Made by a program: the position numbers and the translations under genes
The notes under the pieces: model-generated
Database searches by the model: none
What the model saw: the letters and a program-made list of their open reading frames with translations, nothing else
Told to the model about the DNA's origin: nothing
In this document: in pieces, positions 1 to 9,281 of the stretch
How the letters are laid out: the number at the start of each line of letters is the position of its first letter
Numbering within the stretch: position 1 is the first letter of the stretch
Assembly (NCBI GenBank): GCA_045589015.1
Contig: JAZNFG010000053.1
Coordinates: 5,118-69,117 of the forward strand
Direction of reading: 5' to 3'
Source of the DNA: Acutalibacteraceae bacterium
GTDB taxonomy: Bacteria > Bacillota > Clostridia > Oscillospirales > Acutalibacteraceae
Length of the DNA: 64,000 bases

Positions 1-240
1 AATTGCGGAAGATTATGGCTTATTTACAATCCCGTTGACGTCAACTGGGGTATAAGACACCCGTTGTCTCTTGCATACTCAAAGGACAACGGAAGACACT
101 TCACCGAGGTTATTGTTCCCGAGCCCGGCAACGGTGAATTTTCTTATCCCGCAATAACCTGCGAAAACAATACTCTGTATATTACTTACACTTACAAGCG
201 CAAGCAAATTGTTTTCTGGAAAATAGAGCTTGAGGACTGA
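1..240 (+). CDS. 3' end of a BNR/sialidase-like (exo-alpha-sialidase family) protein; the 5' part lies outside the window
   Basis: Frame 1 is open from base 1 to the TGA at 238-240. It translates to ...GNGEFSYPAITCENNTLYITYTYKRKQIVFWKIELED, which resembles the last propeller blade and C-terminus of BNR-type sialidase-like proteins. This partial ORF is not in the supplied track. Confidence 0.45.
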   Translation, partial: NCGRLWLIYNPVDVNWGIRHPLSLAYSKDNGRHFTEVIVPEPGNGEFSYPAITCENNTLYITYTYKRKQIVFWKIELED

Positions 241-416
241 CAGGCTGAATATATCCTGTTTTATGCACCAATTTTTTGTCTTTGTGTATAATTCAGCACA
301 ACTCAACAAACAAAAGTGGACAAAGAAACGGTCAGATAAAGAATTGTTTATTGAAATATGTACAAATTGTGAATATAATTTTAATCGATAAGCATATAGC
401 ATATAGGAGGTATAAT

Positions 417-2090
417 ATGCCCGATAAAATTGTACGCGCTTTCGATTTTCTTAAGGAGTTAAAAAACTACAGCATATATGAATTTCTGAGAGCAAACACG
501 GATGAGCTTGGTGAATACTGCGCTTTTCAGCACCGTGGTAAGGATCACCTGCGCTCGGAAATGATTAATGATGTTGAGGCATTGGCATACTACTACAGCC
601 ACGAGCTCGGATTAAAGAAGAATGACGTATTTTCAATTTTTCTTCCGACGGGTGCAGAATCAATTCTTACATTTTTTGCGCTTAACAAGCTCGGCGTTAT
701 CGTAAATTTCATCCATCCTCTGCTCCCTGCAGAAAACGTAAAAGAAATAATGGAGTTTACGAAATCCAAAGGTATTGTAGCTCTTGACCGACTTGTGAAG
801 ACTCTGATTCCGTATATTTCACAAAGAGGTCTGCCCTGTATCGTCTGCTCTTCCGACACCTATGCCGTTGAAGACAAGTACAGCGTAAAAGTGCCGCAGG
901 AAATCACCGATATGTTTGCAGCAAATAATTATTCCGGCTTCCGTGCATACAATGAAATTTTGAAGCAATACTCCGGTCAGACAGCCGAAACGTTACCGGA
1001 TAACGCAAAGGGTATTGCTGTTTATATGAACGGCGGCGGCACAACCGGCAAAAGCAGAACCATAAAGCTTTCCAACGAAGCACTTAACAACGTTGTGTGC
1101 AAGTGCTGTCAGATAAACAGACCGCCCGAGCAAATAGGTGTCGATACCGAAATTGCATCTATGCCTTATTTCCACGCCTTCGGCTTATGTGCCAGCGGAC
1201 TTATAGGTATGATGAAGGGAATGAAAATGGCTTTCCTTCCGCAGTTTGAAGCAAACGCAGTTCTCGAAATTATGAAGAGAGAAAAGGTTACGGAATTCAA
1301 TGCGGTGCCAAACGGATACAAAAAGCTTTTTGAGCATCCTGAGTTTGACGGTCCGCATTTGAAGAATATCAAGGCTTTATTCTGCGGTGCTGATGATATC
1401 AGTCCCGAATTTCTTGAAAAATTCAGAGCAGTTTTGAAAAAGAACGGCTCTGACGCAACAATATGCCAGGGCTACGGACTCACGGAATGCGGTGCAATCT
1501 GCTGTGTAAATCCCGTCTGGGCTAACAAGGACGGCTCAATAGGTACACCTCTTCCCGGAAACGTATTTGAGATATGGGACGATAACGATAATGAGCTTCC
1601 GATAGGTGAAGTCGGTGAAATCGTTATGCGCGGAAATACGATGATGGAGGGCTATCTCACGGAAGACGGACCCGCAGACAGCGGAATATATAAAGCAAAG
1701 GACGGTACGAAATGGGTAAAAACCGGTGATCTTGCTTACCGTGACGAAGACAATTATTATTACTTTGTCGGCAGAAAGAAAAGAGTAATTGTTATCTCAG
1801 GCTACAACGTATACCCGAAAGACATTGAAAAGCTTATGACAGAGCTGCCGTTTATAACGGAATGCTGTGCCGTACAGGGTGTTGTTGACGGAAAACCCAT
1901 TGTAAGGCTTTATACCGTTACCGCAACGAAAGGTAACGAAGAGGAATATAAAAGCTCAATATTAAAGCTCTGCAACGAAAGACTTCCCCACTACTCGGTT
2001 CCGAGAGACATTAAATTTATTGACGCTCTCCCGAGAACCCGCGTTCAGAAGGTTGACTTTATGTCTCTGACAGAGGAGCTTCCTCGATAA
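417..2090 (+). CDS. AMP-dependent acyl-CoA synthetase/ligase (fatty-acid--CoA ligase-like)
   Basis: AGGAGG lies 7 nt upstream of the ATG at 417. Adenylate-forming motifs are present: YMNGGGTTGKSRTI (core A3), GYGLTE (A5) and TGDLAYRDEDNYYYFVGRKK (A8). The track ORF starts at 276, but that extension has no RBS. Confidence 0.8.
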   Translation: MPDKIVRAFDFLKELKNYSIYEFLRANTDELGEYCAFQHRGKDHLRSEMINDVEALAYYYSHELGLKKNDVFSIFLPTGAESILTFFALNKLGVIVNFIHPLLPAENVKEIMEFTKSKGIVALDRLVKTLIPYISQRGLPCIVCSSDTYAVEDKYSVKVPQEITDMFAANNYSGFRAYNEILKQYSGQTAETLPDNAKGIAVYMNGGGTTGKSRTIKLSNEALNNVVCKCCQINRPPEQIGVDTEIASMPYFHAFGLCASGLIGMMKGMKMAFLPQFEANAVLEIMKREKVTEFNAVPNGYKKLFEHPEFDGPHLKNIKALFCGADDISPEFLEKFRAVLKKNGSDATICQGYGLTECGAICCVNPVWANKDGSIGTPLPGNVFEIWDDNDNELPIGEVGEIVMRGNTMMEGYLTEDGPADSGIYKAKDGTKWVKTGDLAYRDEDNYYYFVGRKKRVIVISGYNVYPKDIEKLMTELPFITECCAVQGVVDGKPIVRLYTVTATKGNEEEYKSSILKLCNERLPHYSVPRDIKFIDALPRTRVQKVDFMSLTEELPR

Positions 2091-2135
2091 ATGCCGGTAA
2101 CGGTGATTTAATAATCAAGAAGCGAATAAAACCAC

Positions 2136-2186
2136 AAAAAGCAAGGAGTTCAATCTTATCACAGAACCCCTTGCTTTTTTATTTAT
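2136..2186. terminator. Bidirectional intrinsic terminator between convergent genes
   Basis: AAAAAGCAAGG...CCTTGCTTTTTTATTT hairpin with an inner GTTC/GAAC extension. It has an A-run upstream and a T-run downstream, and sits between the stops at 2090 (+) and 2199 (-). Confidence 0.7.
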
Positions 2187-2198
2187 TTTTTAAATACT

Positions 2199-3788
2199 TT
2201 ACAGTTCAAACTTTGCAAACGTCATATACCCTGAAGGGTAAGCCTCGTAAATCAGACCGACAGTATTATCTGCAAGACAGCAAAGACACGAATAGGCATA
2301 AAAGTCCGCATATTTCTCAAAGCAGGCATATTTATCCTTATCTGTAATATTGTATTCCTTTATCCAGCTGACCTTCTCTCCATCGATCCTGCCGAGGAAA
2401 ACCTTTCCATCGGTTCTCGTTCTGTCCTTACCGCCGTGCCCCGTGGGGGTTGCAAGAAGAATGTATCTGCCGTCATTTTCAAGATTATCCGGAAGAACGA
2501 AATCCTCGGGGACAGAAATCACGGAACGCTGACATTGAGGCACCTGAGGCTCAATGCTTTCAAGCCTTCTGAAGGTATCTCCACCGTCACAGGACACACT
2601 CAAGGGAATCTTTCCGCCGCCCTTAGGACGACCGAAGCAAAATACCTTTCCGTCAGGCATCTGAACAAGCTGACATTCATCAACATTTTCGCAGAAATCC
2701 CCTTTATTTCGTCTCCAGCTCAGTCCCGAATCATCACTTATAAGCACAAGAGCCTTATTAAGAATATAACAAGGAGCAAGAATCCTTCCTTTAAACCTCT
2801 CATCACTCAGAGTAATGCCGACTCCCGGACCGACACCGAGAAAGGCTCCGTCAGAATCCTTTTTATAATACGGGGTTATATCAACAGGCTGTGAAAATGT
2901 TTTTCCTCCGTCCGTGCTTTCCAATTTATATATGTAAGAAACCAACGAAGCTCTGAGCGGAGCCGCAGACGTTTCAATACACAGCAAATTTCCCTCTTTG
3001 TCATAAACCTTCTCTTTTTTCACAAATTTTATATGCTTTTCGTTGAATTTGTCCTTATTTTTACTGACAAAAATATTACCCACGTAAACGTCCTCACCGA
3101 AAACGCTTTCGGGTATAAGAGGAGGATATTCATTGAGATACTGAGGGGTATCGCCACAGCAGTAATACATATCGCCAATTGTTGAATATTCATATTCGGG
3201 ATTATGATTTTTAGGAACGTAAAACTTAGTTTTTTTGCCGGAGGGTGAATATACAAAGCCATCCTCCCGTAAAGTATATTCCTTGCCTTTTCGACAGAAG
3301 CTGCCGTTAAGCTTAGATCTTCCCGTATACAATTTCAAGGCAAATCCCTTGTCAGTCTTGACATAACCGCTTCCCTTTTCAAGAAGACGCGATGCGTGAA
3401 GTCCCTTGCATTCAGGATAAAAATCGACAAGCATTATTACTTTACCGTCATCAGTCTCCATCAGAAGCGGGTCTATGGCAAATGCTGAGGTATACTCGTT
3501 TCCGTCAAAGGGATATTTTCGCACAGGCGGAGAAAAAACGGTATTCATATCTGAAAAGGTTGCGCCGTTGTCACAGCTTCTTCTGACAGCTATCTCTATA
3601 AATCCCCAGTCCGCACCGCAGGATGCCTTATCAGCGGCTGCAATTACCGTTCCCTTATGTTCTCCGTTTTTTATCGTCAGAAGCGCAGGAATTCTGCCGT
3701 CCTTCATATTGGAAAATTGTTTTTTATCGGTATAGAACTTCTTGAAGCTTTCATTATTCTCACCGACAAAAAGCGGAAAATCCTTCAT
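2199..3788 (-). CDS. GH33 exo-alpha-sialidase (neuraminidase), no signal peptide
   Basis: An RIP motif (DGRIPALL) is present, with four Asp-boxes: SCDNGATF, STDGGKTF, SDDSGLSW and SCDGGDTF. The track starts at the TTG at 3797. The ATG at 3788 has better spacing to the GAGG. Confidence 0.85.
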   Translation of the reverse strand: MKDFPLFVGENNESFKKFYTDKKQFSNMKDGRIPALLTIKNGEHKGTVIAAADKASCGADWGFIEIAVRRSCDNGATFSDMNTVFSPPVRKYPFDGNEYTSAFAIDPLLMETDDGKVIMLVDFYPECKGLHASRLLEKGSGYVKTDKGFALKLYTGRSKLNGSFCRKGKEYTLREDGFVYSPSGKKTKFYVPKNHNPEYEYSTIGDMYYCCGDTPQYLNEYPPLIPESVFGEDVYVGNIFVSKNKDKFNEKHIKFVKKEKVYDKEGNLLCIETSAAPLRASLVSYIYKLESTDGGKTFSQPVDITPYYKKDSDGAFLGVGPGVGITLSDERFKGRILAPCYILNKALVLISDDSGLSWRRNKGDFCENVDECQLVQMPDGKVFCFGRPKGGGKIPLSVSCDGGDTFRRLESIEPQVPQCQRSVISVPEDFVLPDNLENDGRYILLATPTGHGGKDRTRTDGKVFLGRIDGEKVSWIKEYNITDKDKYACFEKYADFYAYSCLCCLADNTVGLIYEAYPSGYMTFAKFEL

Positions 3789-3856
3789 AACCATCAACCT
3801 CTAAAGTTTTTTTGTAATAATACCACAAAATTTTCAATTTGGCAACAACCTTTCTA

Positions 3857-3885
3857 TTGCAAAAATATATTTATTATGGTAAAAT
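3857..3885 (+). promoter_or_regulatory. Sigma-A-type promoter candidate for the gtrA-like/ceramidase-like operon
   Basis: TTGCAA (3857-3862), a 17-nt spacer, then TAAAAT (3880-3885). This lies about 30 nt upstream of the RBS of the 3915 gene. Confidence 0.5.
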
Positions 3886-3914
3886 TACTCAGAAATAAAA
3901 AGAGGTATAATAAT

Positions 3915-4400
3915 ATGTCTGAAAATAATAACAAAAAAAATATTTTCCAATTTATCAAATTCGCACTTATTTCCTGCTCTGCAGGTATAATTCAGATCGG
4001 AAGCTTCACTCTGATGAATGAGGTTTTGATGAAAACAGATTTTATGCAGAATCTGATTGCATCAAATGAGACCTTTTCAAAAATAATGACAAACGAATAC
4101 GGTCCGATTTACCTTATTGCTCTGATTCTTTCCGTTATATGGAATTTCACCATAAACAGAAAATACACCTTCAAATCCGCGGCAAACATACCTGTTGCTA
4201 TGCTCAAGGTTTTCGGATTCTATCTTGTATTCACCCCCGTATCCACCCTTATAGGAAATTATTTTACCGCAAAATTCGCAAGCATTGCGGCAATCGAATA
4301 TATAGTGCTCATTATCACAATGGCTTGCAATATGATAACAGAGTATCTTTTCTGTAAATTTGTCGTATACCGCAATCAGGAGAACACAGCAGTAAAATAA
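3915..4400 (+). CDS. GtrA-family membrane protein
   Basis: About 160 aa with four hydrophobic segments. Contains FIKFALISCSAGIIQIGSF and the GtrA-typical WNFTINRKYTFKS. The ATG at 3915 follows AGAGG. The track ORF start at 3657 is an unsupported extension. Confidence 0.7.
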   Translation: MSENNNKKNIFQFIKFALISCSAGIIQIGSFTLMNEVLMKTDFMQNLIASNETFSKIMTNEYGPIYLIALILSVIWNFTINRKYTFKSAANIPVAMLKVFGFYLVFTPVSTLIGNYFTAKFASIAAIEYIVLIITMACNMITEYLFCKFVVYRNQENTAVK

Positions 4401-4423
4401 ATTTTTTCAGGGAGAGAAAACAA

Positions 4424-6115
4424 ATGTCAGATTTTTTTACTTCAAAAAAATTTGTCCGTTTTACCGAGGATACAATCCATAAAATCCTCGGTGGATATGC
4501 TGATTCATTACAGGACGGCCCTAAATTCATAAGTGCGGGCGAATATGACAGCAGATACTTTTTCAGCGGAACATCTAAATTTCAGAAAAATCCGTCAAAA
4601 AAAGCCGTATGGAGGCTCGGTTATGCAATTACCGATCTGACACCTTACGATTTTTCAAGCAAAGACTACTATCTCGGAGGTTATCTTACTCCCGATAACG
4701 GCTTCAACAACAGAATTCAGAGCATTGTTGACAAAATGCAATGCAGAATTATTGCACTTGATGACAATTCGGGAAACGGTACATCATTTTTTGCAACAAT
4801 AGACTGTATCGGCACGGGCAATACGGATATTAAGCTTATTCGAAGAAGATTCATTGACTTGATGAAATACAAATATCCGGACGCAAAAATTGCCTCGGTA
4901 AACGTATTTTCAACACACGCACATTCCTGTGTTGATACTCAGGGACTCTGGACTGATACGCTGTCAAAGGTTTTGCATAACAGAAAAAAGAACAAAACAG
5001 GCAAAGGTACTTACATTCAGGGGGCAGACAGCGAATTTATGAACGCTCTTGCCTCAAAGATTGCCGAAGGTCTGTTAAAGGCCTATGAGGATATGACTCC
5101 CGGCTCAATGACCTTTGCGCAAAAGGATATCGGTGACGTTTATTTTACGAACAAAAACCGAAAATCCGCATCAAGCCTTGTAACTAATCTTACGAGACTT
5201 GTATTTACTCCCGAGGACAAGGAAAAAACTCCCACAATAATCGCGACAATGGGTGCTCATCCCGACGTTGCAGGACTGCCCACCTCTGACGGACACGGCT
5301 CGGGCAGAGACCTCTGCGGTGAATATATCTACTATATGGGTGAAACCGTTAACAAAGCAGGCTTCAATTTTATGTTCTTCAACGGTGCCATCTGTGCAAT
5401 TTATATGTCCTGCGGACCAAGTGATGACGGGGTTACTCTTCCCCACAGATATGATAAATCCGTACGCTTCGGAATTGAGCTCGGAAAAATTGTTCTTTCG
5501 CTGACAAAATCACTTGATGAAATAAAATCCGATATATTACTTTATAACGAAGAAGAAATTGAACGAGAAACAAAGGAATCAGCCGCAAACGGCTCAAAGT
5601 ATTCACTTTGGTGCGACAATTGGGCTCCCGTCAAGGAAAAACCCGTCAAGCCAATGCTGAATATCAGACTGAAGGAGGTCCGCTTGTCCGTTACCAATCC
5701 TTTAATTAAAATCGTCGGCAAGCTCAATCTTGTATCCTATAAGGTACTCAGAGAAAATGACGGCACCTACTCTATTGTAACGGAAATCGGATATATGCAA
5801 ATCGGAAAGGACGTAAACATCGTTCTTGTTCCCGGTGAATTCTGTGCAGACCTTCTGACAGGCGGAAACTCACTCAAGGCTGAGGGAGCATTCAACAATA
5901 CCGACTTCCCTTACCCGCCGCTTACGGAAATCTTTAACAAGGATCTTATTGCATTCGGACTTGCAAACGATGCTATCGGATATATTGTTCCCGATAATGA
6001 TTACGTGCTCGGTGAATTCGGTAATCATTATCACGAATTAATAAGCATCGGCAAGCATACAGGCTCCACTATTATCAAATCCTTTATGGAAATGAAAAAT
6101 GAATTGGAGGGATAA
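4424..6115 (+). CDS. Neutral/alkaline-ceramidase-N-terminal-like metallohydrolase, paralogue 1 (cytoplasmic, no signal peptide)
   Basis: GGGAGAG RBS. The motifs are collinear with neutral-ceramidase Zn/catalytic positions: LGYAITDLTP...YLGGY, STHAHSCVDTQG (HxH), GAHPD, VPGEF and FGLANDAIGYIVP. Confidence 0.5.
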   Translation: MSDFFTSKKFVRFTEDTIHKILGGYADSLQDGPKFISAGEYDSRYFFSGTSKFQKNPSKKAVWRLGYAITDLTPYDFSSKDYYLGGYLTPDNGFNNRIQSIVDKMQCRIIALDDNSGNGTSFFATIDCIGTGNTDIKLIRRRFIDLMKYKYPDAKIASVNVFSTHAHSCVDTQGLWTDTLSKVLHNRKKNKTGKGTYIQGADSEFMNALASKIAEGLLKAYEDMTPGSMTFAQKDIGDVYFTNKNRKSASSLVTNLTRLVFTPEDKEKTPTIIATMGAHPDVAGLPTSDGHGSGRDLCGEYIYYMGETVNKAGFNFMFFNGAICAIYMSCGPSDDGVTLPHRYDKSVRFGIELGKIVLSLTKSLDEIKSDILLYNEEEIERETKESAANGSKYSLWCDNWAPVKEKPVKPMLNIRLKEVRLSVTNPLIKIVGKLNLVSYKVLRENDGTYSIVTEIGYMQIGKDVNIVLVPGEFCADLLTGGNSLKAEGAFNNTDFPYPPLTEIFNKDLIAFGLANDAIGYIVPDNDYVLGEFGNHYHELISIGKHTGSTIIKSFMEMKNELEG

Positions 6116-6117
6116 TT

Positions 6118-7569
6118 ATGGATTTTTCTAAATTAGCATCAGCTGCGCTAAAATCAATCACTCAGATCGGAAAATATGATTATACACAGCCCTTACCCGA
6201 CGGAGAGTTTCATTACACGAAAGAGGCAGAATCGGAATTCTTTACGGCAGGCTTCGGAAAAGCCGTAATGCTGCCCGATGATATCCGAACAAAAAAATAC
6301 TACATCGCAGGTTACGGAGAAAACAATCCCGCGAAGGGAGTCATAGATCCTCAGTATGCACACGCACTCTGGCTCGACGACAACAGCGGCAAGGGCGGAC
6401 ATCTTTTTGTTTCTCTTGACATAGTCGGACTTCTCAATAAAGATGTAAACGCTCTCAAAAAGGCTCTTTCGGAGTTTTCCGAAAAAACCAACTGCCGTTC
6501 AATCACAATAATGAGCACACACAACCACGCCGGTATAGATACAATGGGAATTTGGGGCAAATTGCCTCATACGGGAAAAAACCGTAAATTTATGACGATT
6601 CTCTTTAATGCCGTAATAACTGCTGCCGGCACGGCTTACAGAGAAAGAAAAGAAGGCAGATTATATCACGGTACTATTGAAGTTCCCGATATGCAGGAGG
6701 ATATACGAACTCCCGTCGTTTATTCAAAGACTCTCACAAGATTACGTTTTGTACCGAATGACGGCTCAAGAGAAATTTATTTTCTGAATTTTGCATCGCA
6801 TTCAGAATCATTACAAGGCTGTAACTCTCTTGTCAGCGCTGATTTCCCGTGTTATTTAAGAGAAAAAATCAGAAATGAAACGGGTGCCGAAACAATTTAC
6901 GGTGTAGGCGCAATCGGCGGTATGATCAGTATGGAAATTGAGGATGAGGACAGACTCAGACGTGAAAACAGATTGCTGGAATCAACTCGTAATATCGGCT
7001 ACAAGCTTGCGGACTATGCTTTGAGCATAAGCAATGAAAAGCTCCTCAAGCCGAGAATCAGCTTTATCAAGCAGGAATTCTACGTTCCCGTTGAAAATCC
7101 CGTGCTTACAATTGCGTGCCAGCTCGGTCTTTTGAATGCTGATGCATACTCCGTTCCGTATTCTGATACAAAAGCCCTTAAAACTGAGCTCAATTATTAT
7201 GAAATTGATGATCTTGCCATACTGATGATACCCTGTGAGCTTTTCCCCGAGCTTGCTTACGGCGGCTATCTGTCAGAAGAGGAATCGGCAGAAGGACTGT
7301 CCCCCGATATCAACCCCGTTCCGTTGGTTGATATTGCCGATAACAAAGAGCTTTTGATTTTCGGTCTTGCAAACGACGAATTAGGATACGTTTTACCGCC
7401 CAATGACTTTATGCTCAATACCGACTCTCCTTATCTTGATAAAGCAATTGACAGATTCGGAAGAAGACATTATGAAGAGACAAATTCAATGGGACCCGAA
7501 ACGGCACAGCTTATTGCTGATAATTTCAGCATCATTATGAACAAGGTTAATACTGCTAAGTCAGATTAA
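6118..7569 (+). CDS. Neutral/alkaline-ceramidase-N-terminal-like metallohydrolase, paralogue 2 (no signal peptide)
   Basis: GGAGGG RBS, and only 2 nt after the previous stop. Motifs: AGFGKAVMLP...YIAGY, STHNHAGIDTMG, ASHSES, IPCELF and FGLANDELGYVLP. Confidence 0.5.
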   Translation: MDFSKLASAALKSITQIGKYDYTQPLPDGEFHYTKEAESEFFTAGFGKAVMLPDDIRTKKYYIAGYGENNPAKGVIDPQYAHALWLDDNSGKGGHLFVSLDIVGLLNKDVNALKKALSEFSEKTNCRSITIMSTHNHAGIDTMGIWGKLPHTGKNRKFMTILFNAVITAAGTAYRERKEGRLYHGTIEVPDMQEDIRTPVVYSKTLTRLRFVPNDGSREIYFLNFASHSESLQGCNSLVSADFPCYLREKIRNETGAETIYGVGAIGGMISMEIEDEDRLRRENRLLESTRNIGYKLADYALSISNEKLLKPRISFIKQEFYVPVENPVLTIACQLGLLNADAYSVPYSDTKALKTELNYYEIDDLAILMIPCELFPELAYGGYLSEEESAEGLSPDINPVPLVDIADNKELLIFGLANDELGYVLPPNDFMLNTDSPYLDKAIDRFGRRHYEETNSMGPETAQLIADNFSIIMNKVNTAKSD

Positions 7570-7593
7570 TAAATTTGAAGGAGGAAAAATAAA

Positions 7594-9219
7594 ATGAACA
7601 AAGCAAAAAAAGTGATTGCTCTCGTGCTCAGCGTTTTAATGATTATGTTAACATTAAGCGTTCCTGCATCAGCAGCATCAAAAGTTGACCCGTCAGAGGG
7701 ACTCGGTGCACAGATAGAAGCAAAATTCTATCAGTTACTTGATAAACTCGTTGCTTGTCTCGGCAAGGTTCTCAATCTTTTCATCCCCGGACTTAACTGG
7801 GGCAGCAAATGGCAGAACTTTGACAGCTACCAAACACCTGACGATTTCTATGCCGGCGAGGAAAAATTCGATACGGAAGTAGCCGATGGCGCACAGTGGA
7901 GTGCAGGTTATGCTTATGCGTCCCTTCTTGAAGGTCTTGATATCTTCAACGGCACCTTCTATATGGCAGGTACGCTTGAGGTTACAGAAGGCAGAGTTCC
8001 CACTAAAGTTATTGACGATCAGGGTGTAAGCGTTATTGCACTTTCTGACGGAACAAGCGGCATTTACGTGCAGGCTGTTGTTGACGGTTACGGTCTTGCA
8101 AGAGGTGACGTGCTTGCAATAAGATCAAAGCTTGCTGATTTCGCTGAAGAAAACAACATTATAAGCATCAACGTTTCAGTTCTTCATCAGCATTCCTGCA
8201 TTGACATCCTCGGAATGGGTGCTCCCCTTCTCCCCGCAATTCTCAAAAACCCCGCTCTAAGCCTTATCGGCGGTGATATTGAGGATTACGTAGGCGGCAA
8301 ATCCGTAGAATTTATGAACAATATGTATGAAGTTGTATCAGAAGCAGTTATGACTGCTGTTGATTCAATGGAAACCGGTTCTCTCTACTACGGAAGCGTA
8401 GATGCAAGTGAGCTTATCTACGACAAGCGTGAGCCTATCACTTTCGACGGTGAGCTTCACAGATTCCGTTTTGATCCCGATAATGAAGAAACCGATGAAA
8501 TCTGGCTTTGCGAAGCCGGTATTCATTGTGTCGGCTTCGGTGCAGGCGCAGACGTTATTTCTGCTGACTTCCCCTACTATTTCAAGCAGTACGCAAAAGA
8601 AACAGCCAACGCTGACGTAGTTTACGTTCAGGGTGCTGAGCTTGCAATTACAACCGATTACACTTACGTAAGACCTGACTCCAGCGACGATGAGGTAAGA
8701 GTAAAGGCCTACGGTGAAGAGCTTGCTAAGAAGGCTATGTCAATTGACAATGAAGTTGAGCTTGAGCCCGTTCTCAACGTAGCTTTCAAGGAGGTTGTTA
8801 TTGATACTGATAATCAGATTCTTACTCTTGTGGTAAGAGAAGGCCTTATAAACAGCGTTATCACAAAGGATATGCTGGGATATAACATTATTACCGAAAT
8901 AGGCTATATGGAACTCGGCAACAAGATCGGCGTAGTGTTCATTCCCGGTGAAGTTGCTCCCGAAATTATCTGGGGCGGTGTTGTCGGTGCGGACAAGAGC
9001 TGGACTAACGAAACCTGGGACTACGCACCTATGGCTGAAACTGCCAAGATTGACAAGCTTCTTTGCTTCGGTCTTAACAACGACCAGATAGGTTATATTC
9101 TTGCAGATAACGATATTCATTCTATGTTTACGGAAAATGAAGAAATCAATGCTTCATCAACAAAATCAGGTTCTGCATTAACTGAGGCCTTTGAAGAGCT
9201 TATTGCAGCAGTAAAATAA
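7594..9219 (+). CDS. Neutral/alkaline-ceramidase-N-terminal-like metallohydrolase, paralogue 3 (secreted; signal peptide)
   Basis: GGAGG RBS. Signal peptide MNKAKKVIALVLSVLMIMLTLSVPASA. Motifs: VLHQHSCIDILG, GIHCVG, IPGEVA and FGLNNDQIGYILA. Confidence 0.5.
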   Translation: MNKAKKVIALVLSVLMIMLTLSVPASAASKVDPSEGLGAQIEAKFYQLLDKLVACLGKVLNLFIPGLNWGSKWQNFDSYQTPDDFYAGEEKFDTEVADGAQWSAGYAYASLLEGLDIFNGTFYMAGTLEVTEGRVPTKVIDDQGVSVIALSDGTSGIYVQAVVDGYGLARGDVLAIRSKLADFAEENNIISINVSVLHQHSCIDILGMGAPLLPAILKNPALSLIGGDIEDYVGGKSVEFMNNMYEVVSEAVMTAVDSMETGSLYYGSVDASELIYDKREPITFDGELHRFRFDPDNEETDEIWLCEAGIHCVGFGAGADVISADFPYYFKQYAKETANADVVYVQGAELAITTDYTYVRPDSSDDEVRVKAYGEELAKKAMSIDNEVELEPVLNVAFKEVVIDTDNQILTLVVREGLINSVITKDMLGYNIITEIGYMELGNKIGVVFIPGEVAPEIIWGGVVGADKSWTNETWDYAPMAETAKIDKLLCFGLNNDQIGYILADNDIHSMFTENEEINASSTKSGSALTEAFEELIAAVK

Positions 9220-9238
9220 ACAATAAGGCATAAATTTT

Positions 9239-9270
9239 GAGCACCTTTCTTCGGGAAGGTGCTCTGTTTT
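9239..9270 (+). terminator. Intrinsic terminator of the gtrA-like/ceramidase-like operon
   Basis: GAGCACCTT-tcttcggg-AAGGTGCTC hairpin followed by TGTTTT, 20 nt after the stop at 9219. Confidence 0.75.
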
Positions 9271-9281
9271 ATACAAATATA

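Noticed and set aside
276-416. The N-terminal 47 codons of track ORF 276..2090
   Set aside because: There is no RBS at 276, and the extension peptide is low-complexity (MSLCIIQHNSTNKSGQ...). The ATG at 417 has a perfect AGGAGG 7 nt upstream, and the conserved ligase sequence begins there.
3657-3914. An upstream extension of the GtrA-like ORF (track start 3657)
   Set aside because: The extension overlaps the divergent sialidase start and the promoter-like TTGCAA/TAAAAT element. The GtrA homology begins at MSENNNKK (ATG at 3915), which has an AGAGG RBS.
4424-9219. The possibility that the three ceramidase-like ORFs are fragments of one disrupted gene (a pseudogene)
   Set aside because: Each ORF has its own strong RBS and ATG. 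Each also contains the complete ordered motif set, from the N-terminal GY block through the C-terminal FGL.ND..GY block. They are therefore full-length paralogues, not fragments.
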